A stretch of 64,000 bases of DNA from the human T2T-CHM13v2.0 reference genome, Homo sapiens. The translations under genes and the position numbers were made by a program. How positions within the stretch are numbered: the first letter of the stretch is position 1; every line of letters begins with the position of its first letter. Shown piece after piece: positions 35,740-51,803 of the stretch. The notes under the pieces were generated by a model. It was given only the letters and a program-made list of their open reading frames with translations, was not told the DNA's origin and made no database searches. Location of the stretch: NCBI RefSeq assembly GCF_009914755.1, contig NC_060938.1; one strand, 5' to 3'.

Positions 35740-37260
35740 TCAACTATTTGTCTCACACTTCAATTCCTCTAGCTCCTGAACTTTAAGGGTTTTCACTTCT
35801 GTTCTTCCTTGGTAAGGCTCACACTTCTGGTCTAATGCTCAGAATCATAGTCTCCAGTTTCATTCTTACCATATTTCTTGTCTTATCTTATTCCTTTACC
35901 CCTTGAAAAAACCCAACTCTGAATCTATTGTATTTATTCCCATGCTGAGAACTACTAGAGAAAACTGCACAGCCGATGATATTTGGGTTGTTATATTTTT
36001 ATAGTCTTTAACTGCAAGGGGATTATTAATATGGCATAGAATCTCACAACCAGTTCTCTAATTTGCAGAGCAACGACTCCAAATGTCACTGCTGTTCGCA
36101 AGGCCCTACTAAAGCTTTCCCCATTCTTACCAAAACATCTAAAATGAGAATTTTATCTACATTGCCATTCTACCTTCATCCTCAGAAGAAGGGACATCTC
36201 TCTCACTTTCCGTGACCAAATGTATACTTGTGCTATGAATCCGTTCCTATCTCATATCCTTGACAACATCATTCAATTAATTTTCTCTTCTCCTCTTTAT
36301 CCTCATCTCCCCCTCTCAGTTGCTCTTTTTCCTTATCATAGAAATATGCCCAAGTCTCTGAATCACCTGAGCTCATGGGTTTGAGAGCAGCCAGGGCAAC
36401 ATGGCAAAACCCCATCTCTACAAAAAATACAAAAATTAGCCAGGCGCAGTGGCGCACACCTGTAGTCCCAGCTACTCAGAAGGCTGAGGCAGGAGAATCA
36501 CTGGAGCCCAGGAGGCCGAGGTTATAATGAGCCGAGATCTTGCCATTGCACTCCAGCCTGGGTGACAGAGCAAGACCCTGTCTCAAAAAAACCCCAAAAA
36601 ACAAAAAAGAAATATGTACAAGTCTCTTCTATCCTAAAAAAGCCTACCTTTGATCCTTTAACTACCACTATATCTCTTTTCTTCCCTCATAACCAAGTTG
36701 CTTTAACTAATACATTAGAATGTAAATACCCTTCATCCCCATTCACTCCCAGTGTGATGCAGCAACATACCTGCCAACACACATCAATAAATGGACTTTT
36801 ACCAAACCTACTGAGGTTTTTTTCAGTCTTATCCTCCTTGAGCCTCTAGAAGATGCAGCATTGTCAACCCCTCCTCCAACTTCTGTAACACCTCTTTTCT
36901 AATTCTCTGGCAACTTATTTTCAGTTACCTCCTCCTCCATTCCCCACAGTCTGCCCACCCTTAATGTTGGAGTTCCTCAAAGTTCAATCTTCAACTATGT
37001 TCCTTATTATTTTTTAAAATCCATACCTATTATTGCCAACTCTCAAGCAATGCCTCTTACCCAGAACCCTTCCCTGAGCTCCAGATCTCTAATTCCATCT
37101 CTCTACTAATTGTTGCCACTTTCATCTTTTGCATGCACCCCAAACTCAGAACATTAAACTCATCACTTTTCCCATATATGCACTTTTTACTTCACTCCTC
37201 AAGTGTGTCCATAACTCACTTTATATCTTCTATGTTGGTTGTGACTTCCAGGCCTCCTCT
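35740..37260 (+). mobile_element. L2 fragments
   Basis: Pyrimidine-rich L2 text: aatggactttt...tttttcagtcttatcctccttgagcctct...aatgttggagttcctcaaag...cccttccctgagctccagatct. Confidence 0.7.
36360..36609 (+). mobile_element. 5'-truncated AluJ
   Basis: Starts at atcacctgagc; TSD agaaatatgcccaagtctct / agaaatatgtacaagtctct. Confidence 0.92.
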
Positions 37261-38458
37261 TACGGGCCTTGTCCTCTGCATTTTTACATCGCTTCATTTT
37301 TCTACCACAGCCTGGTCTCTTACAGTAGTTTTTTTTAACCTTCCTTCAGTAAAGGATCTTTAGTTATCCAAAGAGTTTGGGATCTATGCTAGAGTCAACA
37401 GCTCCCAAACCTAATTTAACACAAATGACCTGAAGAAGATTATTTAAAAATATAGATTTGTTATCTGTACCCCTATCTCCTACTCTTACCTACCTACACA
37501 AATACACATGCGCATGCACACATACACACACACCCCGAATTAGGAAGGAAGCAGAATAATCAGAATTTTTAAAGTTGCCCATATGATTATCAAGTAAACC
37601 ATCCTCAGATAAACATTGGGTATTGGGGAAGCATTATAGTTGTGTTGTTGCATAGTATGTTTTGGAAAGAAAGCTCTGGCAGCACTGTGCAGAATGGACT
37701 GGAAGTTGGTTAAATGTTGCCAGCATGTTTTCTTGCATATAACATTTTAAAAGGCAATAATTACAGCTACCACTGCATGCACAGACAGTGGTTTCTGTCA
37801 CAGTAACTCTATTTATATTCTTATCTATCATTATCATCCATCATCTATCTATCAAATGATTGACAGCTGTGCTGACTCTGCCTACAGTGACCAAGAAACT
37901 CAGAAATATTAATTGATTTTCATAAGATCACACAGTAACTCAGTAACATCAGCAAAGATCAGATTTTTTGATTTTCTGCTCCTTGTCTTGCATAGTTCTC
38001 CCTGAGCCAGTTCACTATCTAGAGATAGGTTATCATCATATCTTCTTTAAATAAGTCTTTCCAGTGGCTTGTGGAATTAGCCAAGACCTCATTTCCTCAT
38101 TATGAAAGTGTTCAGGCAATCAGATCTACTCTCGAGACCATGCCTTCCAAATCTGAAGAAGATTCAAATCTGAGAAGTGAATACATTTTATCTAAGCAGA
38201 GCCTGTCAGAACATTTTTAATAAAGACCTGGCCCAATTTCAGAGCTTTCTTTTCATTAGGGCAGGTCTGAAAGCAAAGGCCTTGAAAGTGGTTAGAAAAA
38301 CATAGTGTAATCACTATGGTACCATTATCCTGTCCCTGGGTAATCATTAGGCATCAGCCTGCCAAAGTGAAGGGCGGCAAATTACTCATTTATTGTTACC
38401 TGAGCTGTGCAGAAGATTGAAATCTGGACTACTAATGATTTTTTTTCACCTTGTTTAG

Positions 38459-38664
38459 GAGATTCTGTAGAAAAGTTCACATGTAGCACACATGCTGGCT
38501 TGCTGGCAAAAGTGCTTTTAGACAAATATGAAAGGGAAGCAAAGCATCACCTTCCTTCAAAAGTAAAGCTGAAAAGCTCCTATCATTTCATGAAAGCAGT
38601 TCTAAGGGAGAAATACTAAGAGTCATCAAGATCTATAACTGAAGAGGAAACTAGTTAGTTGACT
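38459..38664 (+). other. Candidate spliced exon (206 nt)
   Basis: Branch tactaat (38430-38436), T-tract, caccttgtttag|; donor act|gtgagt; one frame reads DSVEKFTCSTHAGLLAKVLLDKYEREAKHH...EKY*. Confidence 0.4.
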
Positions 38665-40964
38665 GTGAGTAGATTTTTATCTGCTCTAAAGAGATCAGAC
38701 ACTCAGTACATGTTGAATTTAACACAAATCAAGCTTAAGGTAAATATTTACCAACAGTTTGTAGGGAAAAAAATTCTTATTTAATGACATCATCTAATGA
38801 ATTAGATTTTTTTTTTGTGCACTGTTTTTGCAAGTTTCAAATTCAATAAAGCCTCCAAGTCTAGGTGCAGTGAAAGACAATCAAACCATTCCTAATCTTA
38901 TTAAAGTTAAAAGCGTAAACACTTAACTTTGGGAACAGTAAAAGTCAGCCATTACTAAATTTGTATTGATACCTAAAATAGACATCTGAAGTGAACCTCT
39001 AAGCAATTTCTAATTCTTAAGCCCAGAATGAAATTTTATACCTCATATAGCAGAATAAAATGATATTTCCAAAGCAGATTTGGAATATCTATATGACTAT
39101 TCTAGATGGAGTGAAATTTCTGAGAATATATGTTATCAGTCTAGATTAGTAGAAAGACCCTAATCTGAAGTGAAATGCAACTTTCATATTGGATCAGATT
39201 CTAAGGTGGAAAGGTGCTGAAGATAACTGATGTAGGTAAGGAGGGAGTTCTAGATAGTTTTCAATGGTTTTGTGAAGGCGAAATGTTACATTCAAAAGTA
39301 AAGATCTCTTTTCTTCCAAGTAATGCCTCTTGCTTCTGTGAGAAGTAGTACAGTATCTGGAATGGGGACACAAGAATCAAAAAGCATTGATTTCTATTGC
39401 TGGCTTGGCTGGTGACTGCTTCTTTAGTCTGAGTCAATTTTCCTAGCCTATTTGTGATTAAATCTCGGCATTTACAAAATGAGGTTAGTAATCTTTTCTA
39501 TTTGAGACCCAGCTAATATTATTATTAGGCCTTTTGTTCGTGTTATTAATGTTTATGATGCCTTTAGGGATTTTCAGATTAAAAAAAACATTCTATAAGC
39601 CAAAACTGTTATTAATACTGTCTTTCATGTTATCCCAAAAAGGTATTGTGGAAACTGACAAATTAACATTTGCAATATTCTTTAGAAAGGACTGGAATAA
39701 ACAGTGCCAGTATTACTTAATGCACAGGTTCACCCTTGAAGAACCTATAGAAAATCTACAAGTGATAGCTTCCTGATCCAACCTAATATTAGGCTCATCC
39801 CAGACTCTTAGTCACTTAAAGCACATGCCAAATGATTATGAATCTGTATCTATTTTTCCATCTAAACTCAGGGTTCCATTCTACCCACACCATGTAGAAA
39901 GGTGAAGTAATATGAAGTTTCATTTTTTCAAAACTTAGATCTAGTTATTTGTAAATTGTAAACCTTCCCTTTGTTTCACTGTTGATTCTTGAAATGTTCC
40001 TGATGCATTATAATTCCATTTTCTAACAGACTGGATTTTAACATGACGGCATCCTCTGAGGTTTTGGATTTATTTTTCAGAGGATTGCTTAATGTTTAAT
40101 GCCTTATAGATGCTGGACATATTTTTATGGTGCCTGGCTTTGAATGGCTATTACAGTGTACATTACAGTCATAGGGCAACTTCAATTTACACTATTTTAC
40201 CTACTTATACCATTTCCACGGCTCTCTATTGTAACATTATCATTAAGGTTGCTGGCCCTTTTGCTGCCGACACCATGATTAAATCCTATTACAATTACTC
40301 TTGTTATAAAATCTTCTCATGCTTCTTGGCACTAAAAGTGCACAGAGCCATGCAGGTGGTAACATAAAGAGGAGCAATGTACTCTGAACTAAAATGTTAG
40401 GAGAGCTTTATCCTAAAGAAGGAAAATAGATCCCCAAAGTAAGATATTACTGTATTACTCTACTCCCTGGGGATGGATTTTCTTTTGAAGTTTATTTTAT
40501 ATTACTAAAGAGGGTTTTGTTCTTATTTTGTTTTTCCCTCTAGGGGAGCAGAACAGAGGGATGTGATGTGGAGGAATTCTTGACAAAGGGAGGCTTAGAA
40601 AAAGGCCTGATAACTAGGAAAATGACAGGCTGTTTTAAGACAAAGAGGGGGAGAACCTAGTCAATGAAATAATGTCTCATATTTCAGATACAATAATGGT
40701 ACTTCTTACACCTGGGAATGATGAAATGTGAATTGGGATATTTTTTCTTCTAGTGGTAGATAAGGATTCAGCAGTCCTCACAACTAGAAGCAAGAACCTG
40801 TAACACAGGTGGCAGCAGAACTGAGGTGCTCACTTTATGAAACCCAACTTGTCTTCAAAACTATTTAACTTTACCTAATTAGTATCTTGGTCTAAGCATC
40901 CACATTTCAGGCAAGCAGCCAGGTCCCTGTGTGGTGTGTGTCTGAGTGGGACTGTAAGAGGCAG

Positions 40965-41185
40965 TGCAGAGTGCTGGTTAAAGCCTCCAGTGTGGTGGCC
41001 AAACTGCCTGTGTTAACTTCTGGCCTCTGTCACTTTTTTTGGTGCTTTTAAGTCAAATGCTCCTGCCTATGTTTTGGTTTTCTAATCTGTTTCCCCATCC
41101 TCATAAGCTTGTTAGCAAGATTGAATTATTAATAGTTGGTATTTGTGAAACACTTAGAACAGTGTGTGGCCCACAGAATGTGTCA
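40965..41185 (+). mobile_element. MIR
   Basis: gtgctggttaaagc...tctggcctctgtcact...gttgttagcaagattgaatt...aaacacttagaacagtgtgtggc. Confidence 0.7.
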
Positions 41186-41201
41186 TCTTATCTTAGTGGT
41201 G

Positions 41202-41713
41202 TGTTGGGAGCAAGCCCCCCAAAATCTGGCCATAAACTGGCCCCAAGACTGGCCATAAACAAAATCTCTGCAGCACTGTAACATGTTCATAATGGCCCTA
41301 ATGCCCATGCTGGAAGGTTGTGGGTTTACGAGAATGAGGGCAAGGAACACCTGGCCTGTCCAGGGCGGAAAACCGCTTAAAGGCATTCTTAAGCCACAAA
41401 CAATAGCATGAGCGATTTATGCCTTAAGGACATGTTCCTGCTGCAGTTAACTAGCCCAACCTATTCCTTTAATTCGGCCCATCCTTTCTTTTCCCATAAG
41501 GGATACTTTCAGTTAATTTAGTATCATAGAAACAATGCTAATGACTGGTTTCCTGTTAATAAATATGTGGGTAAATCTCTGTTTGGGGCTCTCAGCTCTG
41601 AAGGCTGTGAGACCCTTGATTTCCCACTTCACACCTCTATATTTCTGTGTGTGCGTCTTTAATTCCTGTAGCGCCACTAGGTTAGGGTCTCCCCGACCAA
41701 GCTGGTCTCAGCA
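41202..41713 (+). mobile_element. MER9 solo LTR (HERV-K HML-3, ERV2)
   Basis: tgttgggagcaagccccccaaaatctggccataaactggcccc...gggtctccccgaccaagctggtctcagca; 512 bp; exact 6-bp TSD gtggtg. Confidence 0.93.
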
Positions 41714-41909
41714 GTGGTGTACTGTACTATTAATGTATGTGTGCCCTGGGGTTGGCATGCACATATATAAAGTTTGATGGTACTAGGGACATTCATACCC
41801 TTATTTCCCACTCTACCTTAAAAACATGCAAGTGTGAGAAAATTTGGCAAAAGATAAATGGAACATATACAAACATAACCAATTCAGTGTAATAAAATGA
41901 TATTTCATG

Positions 41910-42110
41910 TAGTAATAATAGACAATGATCATTGGACACGGACTTATATTAGACTAAGTACTTTATGTGCATCATTGCACTGAATCCTCACGGTAACTCT
42001 ATGAGTAGGCACTATTATTATTCTGTTTACCACTGAGGGAAATAAAACACAGAGGTTAAATTCATACTGCTTATGTATGATGAACTGGGATTTATCTGAC
42101 TGGTATTTTT
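41910..42110 (-). mobile_element. MIR
   Basis: tgaatcctcacggtaactctatgagtaggcactattattattctgtttaccactgagggaaataaaacacagaggttaa. Confidence 0.75.
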
Positions 42111-43894
42111 CTACTTATCTTTCTCCTTCATATATAGATATAGATATATCTTCTGTTTGTAATGCTATGTACATTCATAATTTAGTCCACAGTTAACAAT
42201 TCTTATTCTTGTCCATCCATATATATTTTCTCACAACCAGAACTAGAAATTTACAATAAAAATTAATTTATAGATATATAGCTCTAGATTCTATACTATT
42301 ATAGCTACCTTTTATATTTGTATGTGTCTTTATTTGTATAAAGGTGCATACCAAGTATCTATTTTTTAGAAGTTCAATATGCATGTCTTGCCTATCCTCC
42401 TAAATGCAAGTAAAATACCAAGATGAGAGTGGTACAGGGATGTGATCTGTTCCAGGTATAAGTTGCAAAGAGGCACAATGTTATGGAGAATTTAAAAGTA
42501 ATAAAAAAGTCCAAAAGTCAACTTTCTTTTTCTTATCACCATGCAATTCTAAATTGTGTTGATGATATAGCATTGCTCCTCACCAGGGCATTTCCCTAGT
42601 CCTCTCCCACCTCCCTCCCCTTGGGTGGGTCACTGCATATCTTTGGGGACAGGAAAGTAAAGTGTAATACACAGGAAAGGATATATTTTCAATAATAAAA
42701 GTACCTATTAACCATCTATTAGTAATGTATTTGCGTAGCATGTAGACACTTCTAATATCTGCTCTTAGGATACTTTCACTGCAGAGAGAAAAATAAAATG
42801 TTCATATAAACAAACATACAAACCCAGAAACAAAGGCAAATAACAGACACAAAATCATCTTTGTTCAATTCATCCCTTAGTATCCAGAAAGGCCCAGAGG
42901 CATATATCCACTTTATTTTGTTCCTGGTGTTTGGCAGGGGAGTAGGTAGTTTTTTGGTGATGAGAGAAGAATAGAAGAAGTAGTTAAGGATAAACCCTTT
43001 CCCATTTAACTGTTCCATTCTTTTCTTCGCCGCAACGAGGTGTGTGATGCATGGAAAGGAATAAGAATTCAGAACAGTGTGACTAAATCACACTTGTTAA
43101 AGTTAGAAAAGCCCTGAATAGGTCAATTTTACTGACTTCACAGAGGGAAAAAAAGCACAAGAACCTTTTCATGAGGGGCAAAAGGTGTTGTAACTCCCAC
43201 CTGAGCTTACAATTACCGTTTACTCACCTGCCTACCACCATTATTATCATCAAACTTTATTGATAAGGCCATCCCATGGGAAAACCATAAAATATGAGGA
43301 GTTTTCTTTGGCTTATCCTTCTTTCAGAAGACTTTTACAGCCCTCACCTTATTACATCCTGCTGCACCCTAGCTACCACTACCATCACCATCATCTTCAA
43401 CCCCTTTTTCACCATACATAAGATTTTGAGGGCTTTGGCAGTAACTCACGTTCCCAATTTTTTCCACTTTCTTTCTCCCATCAACATTTTCCTCTTTGAT
43501 TTCCCATCCCCTCAAACCCCTACTGTGTGGAAATGACTGGTGATCAATCAATCAAATCAATAGATCAGATAAACCCATTCCTCAAGATGGGTTGGCGGGT
43601 TATTTTTATAAAAGTAAATTAGATGTTTTCTCTGCACTTTCAGGCTGAGAACTAAGAATATAGATCCAGAATTTTTAGTAGAACTACCCCTAAAATAAAG
43701 TCAGGATTAAAACATAATAAGCAGCAAGTGCTACTGTTATTCAGTTGCCTCCTAGGAGTGGGACTGAATTGATTGTCAGTTTTAGAGAGTGAAAATAAAG
43801 CAAGGCCTATCCAGGAATTTGAGATGAGGTGATTCCACAATGAAAAACTGGTCCTACAGATTTAAGCAGCAAATAACTGTTTAAAGGCAAAAGG

Positions 43895-44287
<393 letters not shown>

Positions 44288-44466
44288 TTATAACTCCATA
44301 GAAAACAGTGGAAAGGATAACAATAAATGCAGAATGGCATATACCCACCCTACATCTGACCATGTCACCTGAATGTCAGGAAAAGGCCTAATTATGTTCC
44401 TTGGATCCTATTAGAATTCAAGAGAGTCTAATTAATTACATTGCATTTCTCCTAACTGAACGTATT

Positions 44467-44897
44467 TGATATAGTTTGGATATTTGTCCTCACCCAAATC
44501 TCATGTTGAATTGTATTCTCCAGTGTTGAAGATGGGGCCGGGTGGGAGGTGTTTGGATGATGGGGGATGATCCCTCATGAATGCCTTGGACTATCTCCTT
44601 GGTGATAAGTGAGCTCTCACTTCAAGTTCACACGAGACTGGTTGTTTAAAAGTGTGTGTCACCTCCCCACTCCACACACTCTGTCTTGCTCCTGCTTTTG
44701 CTTCCTGATGCAGCTGCTTCCCCTGCTAGCTTCTGCTATGATTCTTAATTTCCTGAGGCCTCCCCAGAAGCTTAGCAGATGTTGGTACCATGCTTCCTGT
44801 AGAGCCTGCAGAACCATGAGCCAATTAAGCCTATTTTCTTTATAAATCACCCAATCTCAAGTATTTCTTTATAGGAATGCAAGAATGGCCTAATACA
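44467..44897 (+). mobile_element. MaLR solo LTR, MSTB-like
   Basis: tgatatagtttggatatttgtcc...aaatctcatgttgaattgta...cctgcagaaccatgagccaatt...ggcctaataca; TSD gtatt/atatt. Confidence 0.92.
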
Positions 44898-44969
44898 ATA
44901 TTCAAACACCAAACTTTTGCTGATACCTTCTAAAGTGATTTAATATTTAGCTGGATTAAGATACATTTC

Positions 44970-46555
<1,586 letters not shown>

Positions 46556-47479
46556 TTATTGTTTATTTTTGCCTATTTCAACTTTCTTTTTGTTCTTGTT
46601 TTTCTTGTCTGCTTTTTTTTCATCTCTATATTTGACTATAGTTTTCTTGATTACAGCACTCCACTGTAAAAAGACTAATTTGTAAGTATTTTGGAAGAGT
46701 GAAAATATAGTTTAATTCAGATAATAAAGAACCTTGACTGATAGACTAAATAATGTTAGGGAGAGGCCACTGAAAGCATTTGAACTGGGAAAGAAGTGAT
46801 GAAAAAGTGTTGCTGGATCCTAGTGTAAGAATGGGCTGCAAGATGTTGAAATAGGTATTCATTTTTAAAGTAAAAACTAACATAGATGATTATGGCAAAA
46901 AAAGAAAAAAAACTCACAAAAAACAAAAAACATTCACCTTCAATAGTAGACTACCTCAAACTGGATCAGCCATGTACCCATTACATTGTTTCAAATCCCA
47001 AAGGTGTGAAAAGCGGCATCAGTGGCAAAATGGAGCTACATTCACACCATTGCCAAGGACTTACACGTGAAAGCTTAACCACCTTTGCAGATTTTCATCA
47101 TCATTCCTACCAAATTTTAGGTAAAAAAGAAGGTAATTGTAATTTCCGGTGTCTCTAAGAGTGTTAAGTAACAAGTGAAACTGATTTATTTTAAAACTGT
47201 TTATCTCTGAACTATTGTCCTAAACATGTATATATATAAAACAATTATTTACATTTCAAATACAGACATACATAAAAACAATGATAGAACATTGGTAATA
47301 TATAAGTTTTCTGATTTTCTCAGTATTGTTTTCTCTTAGTTCATCAGAGCTATTAAGGTAAGCTGTTACGTAAGCTTTCAGGCAATAGGCATATAGTACA
47401 CTAGGCTTCTACTGCTTTTTGTCAAGGAGGGCTCTATTGCGCTCTTTGAGCCTGAGTGTGTTTGGCATCATTTGTTTTT

Positions 47480-49640
47480 GCTTTATATGCAATCATATAT
47501 CTTGTAAAGAAAATAATAGAAGAAAAAAGGAAAATATTTATATAGCCTTTTATATTTACCACCATTTCCAGTGCTCTTTATTTTTTCCTGCAGATTCAAC
47601 TGCTGTTTGTTGTCATTTACTTTCAGCATAAAAGACTACCTTTAGCATTTCTTCTAAGGAAGATACACTAGCAATAAATTCTTCCAGACTTCGTTTACCA
47701 GATATTTCTTAATGTAGCTAACATTTTGCCTTCAGTTTTGAAGTATAATATTTGTACATAGAATTTTCAGTTTTTAACAGCATTAATGTGATATAATGTG
47801 TATACTGTATAATTCACCCATTTAAAGTGTACACTTCAATGACAGTATAGTCAGAGTTGTGTGGCAATTACAATTAATTTTAGAACATTTTTGGATATAG
47901 AATTCTGGGTTGAAAGTCATTTTTTATTTCTTTCAGCACTTTGATTATGCTATTCCATTATCTTCTGGCTTCTATTATTTCTGATAAGTCAGCCATTAGT
48001 AATATTGTTTTCTAGTATTCAATGAATGATTTTTCTTTTGCTTATTTCAAAATAATTCTGTGTCTATTTGGCTTTCTGTAATTGACTCTGATGTGCCTAG
48101 ATGCAGATCTCTTTGTCTTTGTCCTTTTGGGGAATTTTTGAGCTTCTTGAATCTTTAGACTAACCTTTTTCATGAAGTTGGGGGTTTTTGGTCATCATTT
48201 CTTCTTTTCTTTCTCTTTTCTTCTGGGACTCTCATGACATGTATGTTGGTATGATCTCCAGAATAGGTCTTTTCCACTGATGTATCTTCATGGTCACTGA
48301 TTCTTTCTTCTGTCATCTGAAATCTGCTGTCAATCCTCTTCAGTAAATTTTTTATTTTGATTATTATACTTTCCAACTCTAGAATTTCCACTTATTTCTT
48401 TTTTATAGTTTATTTACTGAGATTCCTGATTTGTCATTTTCATTATATTTTCTTTTAGCCATTTACATTTACACTATATGTGCATAGTTTCCTTCAATCT
48501 TTGAATATATTTATAATGGCTGCTCTGAAGTCTATCTAATAAAACCAAAATATAAGCCTACTCAAAAGTTTCTATTTACTGCTTTTTCCTCCCAAGTATT
48601 GGTCACACTTTCTTATTTCTTTACATGTCTTCTATTTTTGTTAAACACTGGATATTTTAGATGATATACTGTAGCAACTCTGGATTCTGCTTTTTTTCTG
48701 ACTTTTCCAGTTAAGAGTTTTCTTCTCCTCCCACCCCTTACACTTCTCTTTTTCTCTTTCTTTTCTTCTTCTTTCTTCTCTTTCTTTCTATAATTGATTG
48801 GACTTATACGTAGAAGTTTTGTCCTCTGCCATGTGTCACCACTAATGTCTCTGTTAAAATTTTTAAAATTCTTATATTTTTACTTTTTAGTTTGGCTTTC
48901 TAGCATCATCTGCATAACTTAATGGTCAGCCAATGACTGGTCAAAGATTGTGTTCAAACACCTTAAGCCCATAAAACCTACCTTCTACCATTGGATCTGT
49001 GTGTGATTTGAAGATGACATCCAAAGTTTATATAGTTTCCATATCTGCCCAGATTTTATTTTCCTGACAGTCTTCTTGGGTGTACAGAGAGTCCCTAGTT
49101 AGTCAGAGATGCATGGAGAATGTATACAACCCCTCTATGGCTCTCTCACTTCCAGGATCTCCCTATTACATTTCTGGTTGTTCTGTAAGCCTGCCATTCA
49201 TCCCAACCAGGACTGCAACCTTAGACTAGAAAAGCTGCAGGCTTGCTTCATTCATTTCTTATTGAGTTCACTGCTTTTACCGAAAACATTGCTTTTTTTC
49301 AGACACGAGCTTTTGACTCAGCTCCAAAGCAAGTCCACCATTTCTGGCAGCAAATCTGCTGGTTTTCACAGCCAACTCTACCCCGCTGTAACTACTCTGC
49401 CAATCAAGCTGGGGGTAGAAGAAATGGAGGCAGCCCCAGGCAGAAAGACCATGGCCTCCCTCTATTTTTACCTGAGATTAGAGCAGCTTTTAATAAATAA
49501 ATAGCTCTCTCTTTGTTGTTTACCTTTGTTTAATTTCTGGAGCCCTGAAATGCTTGGGGCTTTTCTTTGACAATTTTGTCCAGTTTTGTAGTTGGCTTTT
49601 GAGCATAGAATATGCGGACTTCTTCCCTCAATTGTGGTCC
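47480..49640 (-). mobile_element. Old L1M ORF1 and 5' UTR region
   Basis: ORF 48170-48391 EILELESIIIKIKNLLKRIDSRFQMTEERISDHED resembles the L1 ORF1p coiled coil; ctttagcatttctt...tttctttcagcactttg blocks. Confidence 0.8.
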
Positions 49641-49969
49641 AAATTCCTATCTACCAATCATGCATTGCTTATTCTATGGTGGCCTCTTTTTCTACCATTT
49701 AGTTTGTGTTCTGGGAACAATTTTTACCTATAATGTCTGACTAATGAGGTGCAAGAGGTAAAGTTGAAACTGTCTCAAATAAACAAAGTAAGAGAATCAT
49801 GCCAAAATTGAAAATGCAAATTTTACAGTTGTCTAAGCACCTTACTAGTTGTCTAGGACTAATAAATGGTCTAGAAAGGAGGATAAACCTTAGAAAGCAG
49901 TCAGCATATTACTAATTGGGATTCACAATATATTTATTATGAAAGGCACCATAACATGGCAACCTATGC

Positions 49970-51097
49970 AGTTCTTTGGCACCTCATTCAATCTCTTGGC
50001 CTTAAATATTATCTACATGTTAATGACTCCCAAATTTATATCACAATCCACACCTCTCTCCTATACTTCAGACTCATATCTCACAGCCAATTTCAATATC
50101 CATGCTTGAGTGTGTAATAGACATTTCACACTCACCATGTCCAAAGCTGATATTATCTTGCACCAAACCTCTCTTCTTTTAGCCCTGTCTATCTTTGGTG
50201 ATGGCAACTCCATTCTTTTAGCACTAATGCTAAAAATGGTATAGTCTTCATTGAATTCTCTCTTCTCACACCCCACATCCAATCCACAAAGAAGGTGTGT
50301 TGTTCAAAATATAATGAATTTCCAAAGTACAAATAAAATCCAACCACTTTCTTCATCTCCACTGATATATCCCCATAAACCCACTATTACGTCTTACCTG
50401 GGCATGATAAATTCGCTATCATGTCTCACCTGGATTATCACTGTAATATTCTTCTAACTGGTCTGCTTCTACCTTTGTCCTCCTGCATTCTATGATAGCA
50501 GCCAGAGTAAAGTTGTTAAAGCTTAAGCAATATATCAAAAAACTCTCTTGTGCTTAAAACCCTGCAATGGCTTCCCATTTCATGCAGAGTGTAAGCCAAG
50601 GTCTTTGCAGTAGCCCATAAGGCCCTTCATGAACTTGTCCCATGATATCTTTGACCTCCTCTTACTCTATTTATTCTAGCAGTATGTCCACACCAGCCAT
50701 AATGGCCTCCTGCCATTCATCAAACATGTCAGATTTGCTATTGCCTTAGGGCCCTTGCCATGTCTTTTCCTTCTGCTTCAAATGCTTTTCCCACACATAC
50801 TTGCATTTTTAATTTTTCAACCCCTTCAAGTCTGAGTAATAATTACCTTCTCAATGAGGCTTATTCTAACCACCACTAACATCCCGTCTAAGTATTCACT
50901 ATTTTTGTACTTAACATCTTATTTATACCATATAATGTGTTGATTTATTATGTTTATTGTTTACTATCTCTCTCCTCTAGAATGAAAGGTTCATGAGGAC
51001 AGGGATTTTTGTCTGTTTGTTCATGAATATATTTCAAGCACCAAGAACAATGCCTGACACATACCAGTAAATGAATATTTGTTGAGTGAATAAATGT
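49970..51097 (+). mobile_element. L2a 3' portion
   Basis: atgactcccaaatttatatc...catgtccaaagctga...aaaccctgcaatggcttcccatt...aatatttgttgagtgaataaatg. Confidence 0.88.
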
Positions 51098-51404
51098 TTT
51101 CTTTAGCTTTTAAGACTAGACCAATAGCTGGTCTTAAAACTAGCTAATAACTAAGTAGTAACCCTACCTGTTGCAGTATAATATAATCAGTATAACATTA
51201 AAAAGTGCTTTCAAAAAATGTACTTCATCATGGGTACTAACATCAGTAAATAACATGTTACTCGAAGTTTCCAACAATAAATTTAGTGGTGAAAACCAGT
51301 ACAGTATGCTAGGGGACATGACAATGTAATGGTCTTGGATAGGTTACTTTTAAGTGACTGTAAGCTGCAATGATTAATGGTCCTTCACCTTAATGTAGAA
51401 GGAA

Positions 51405-51803
51405 ACATGGCAGAGACTCATACTGTCTCTTCCTTGGTTTACTGCTAGACCCAATTTCTCAGCCCCTTGTATCTTAGATGGAGACATGAGAGTAGTTTGG
51501 ACAATGTGGGTTGAAAAGATGTGATCCACCTTCCTGTCTAATTTCTTAAATTTCTCTTGTGATTTTGTTTTCTTCCCTTGTCCTCTGGTTGGATGGAGAG
51601 GATACAGTGTAGGATTCAGAGGTCGTAGAAGATGGTGGAGTCTCTGGATGGAAGGAAGCTGGGTCTCTAAATCACAAGGTGGAAGACGACTCACCAAACA
51701 CCTTATTGGACAATGACATGAATGAGAACTAAAACCTTTATAGCTGTAACTCACTAATAGTTGGGGTTGATTGTTATGATACCTAGTCTACCTAGGCCAA
51801 TAG
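51405..51803 (+). mobile_element. Old MaLR LTR (MLT1I/J-like)
   Basis: atttctcagccccttg...gaagatggtggag...ggatggaaggaagctgggtctctaaatcac...ttggggttgattgttat. Confidence 0.75.
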
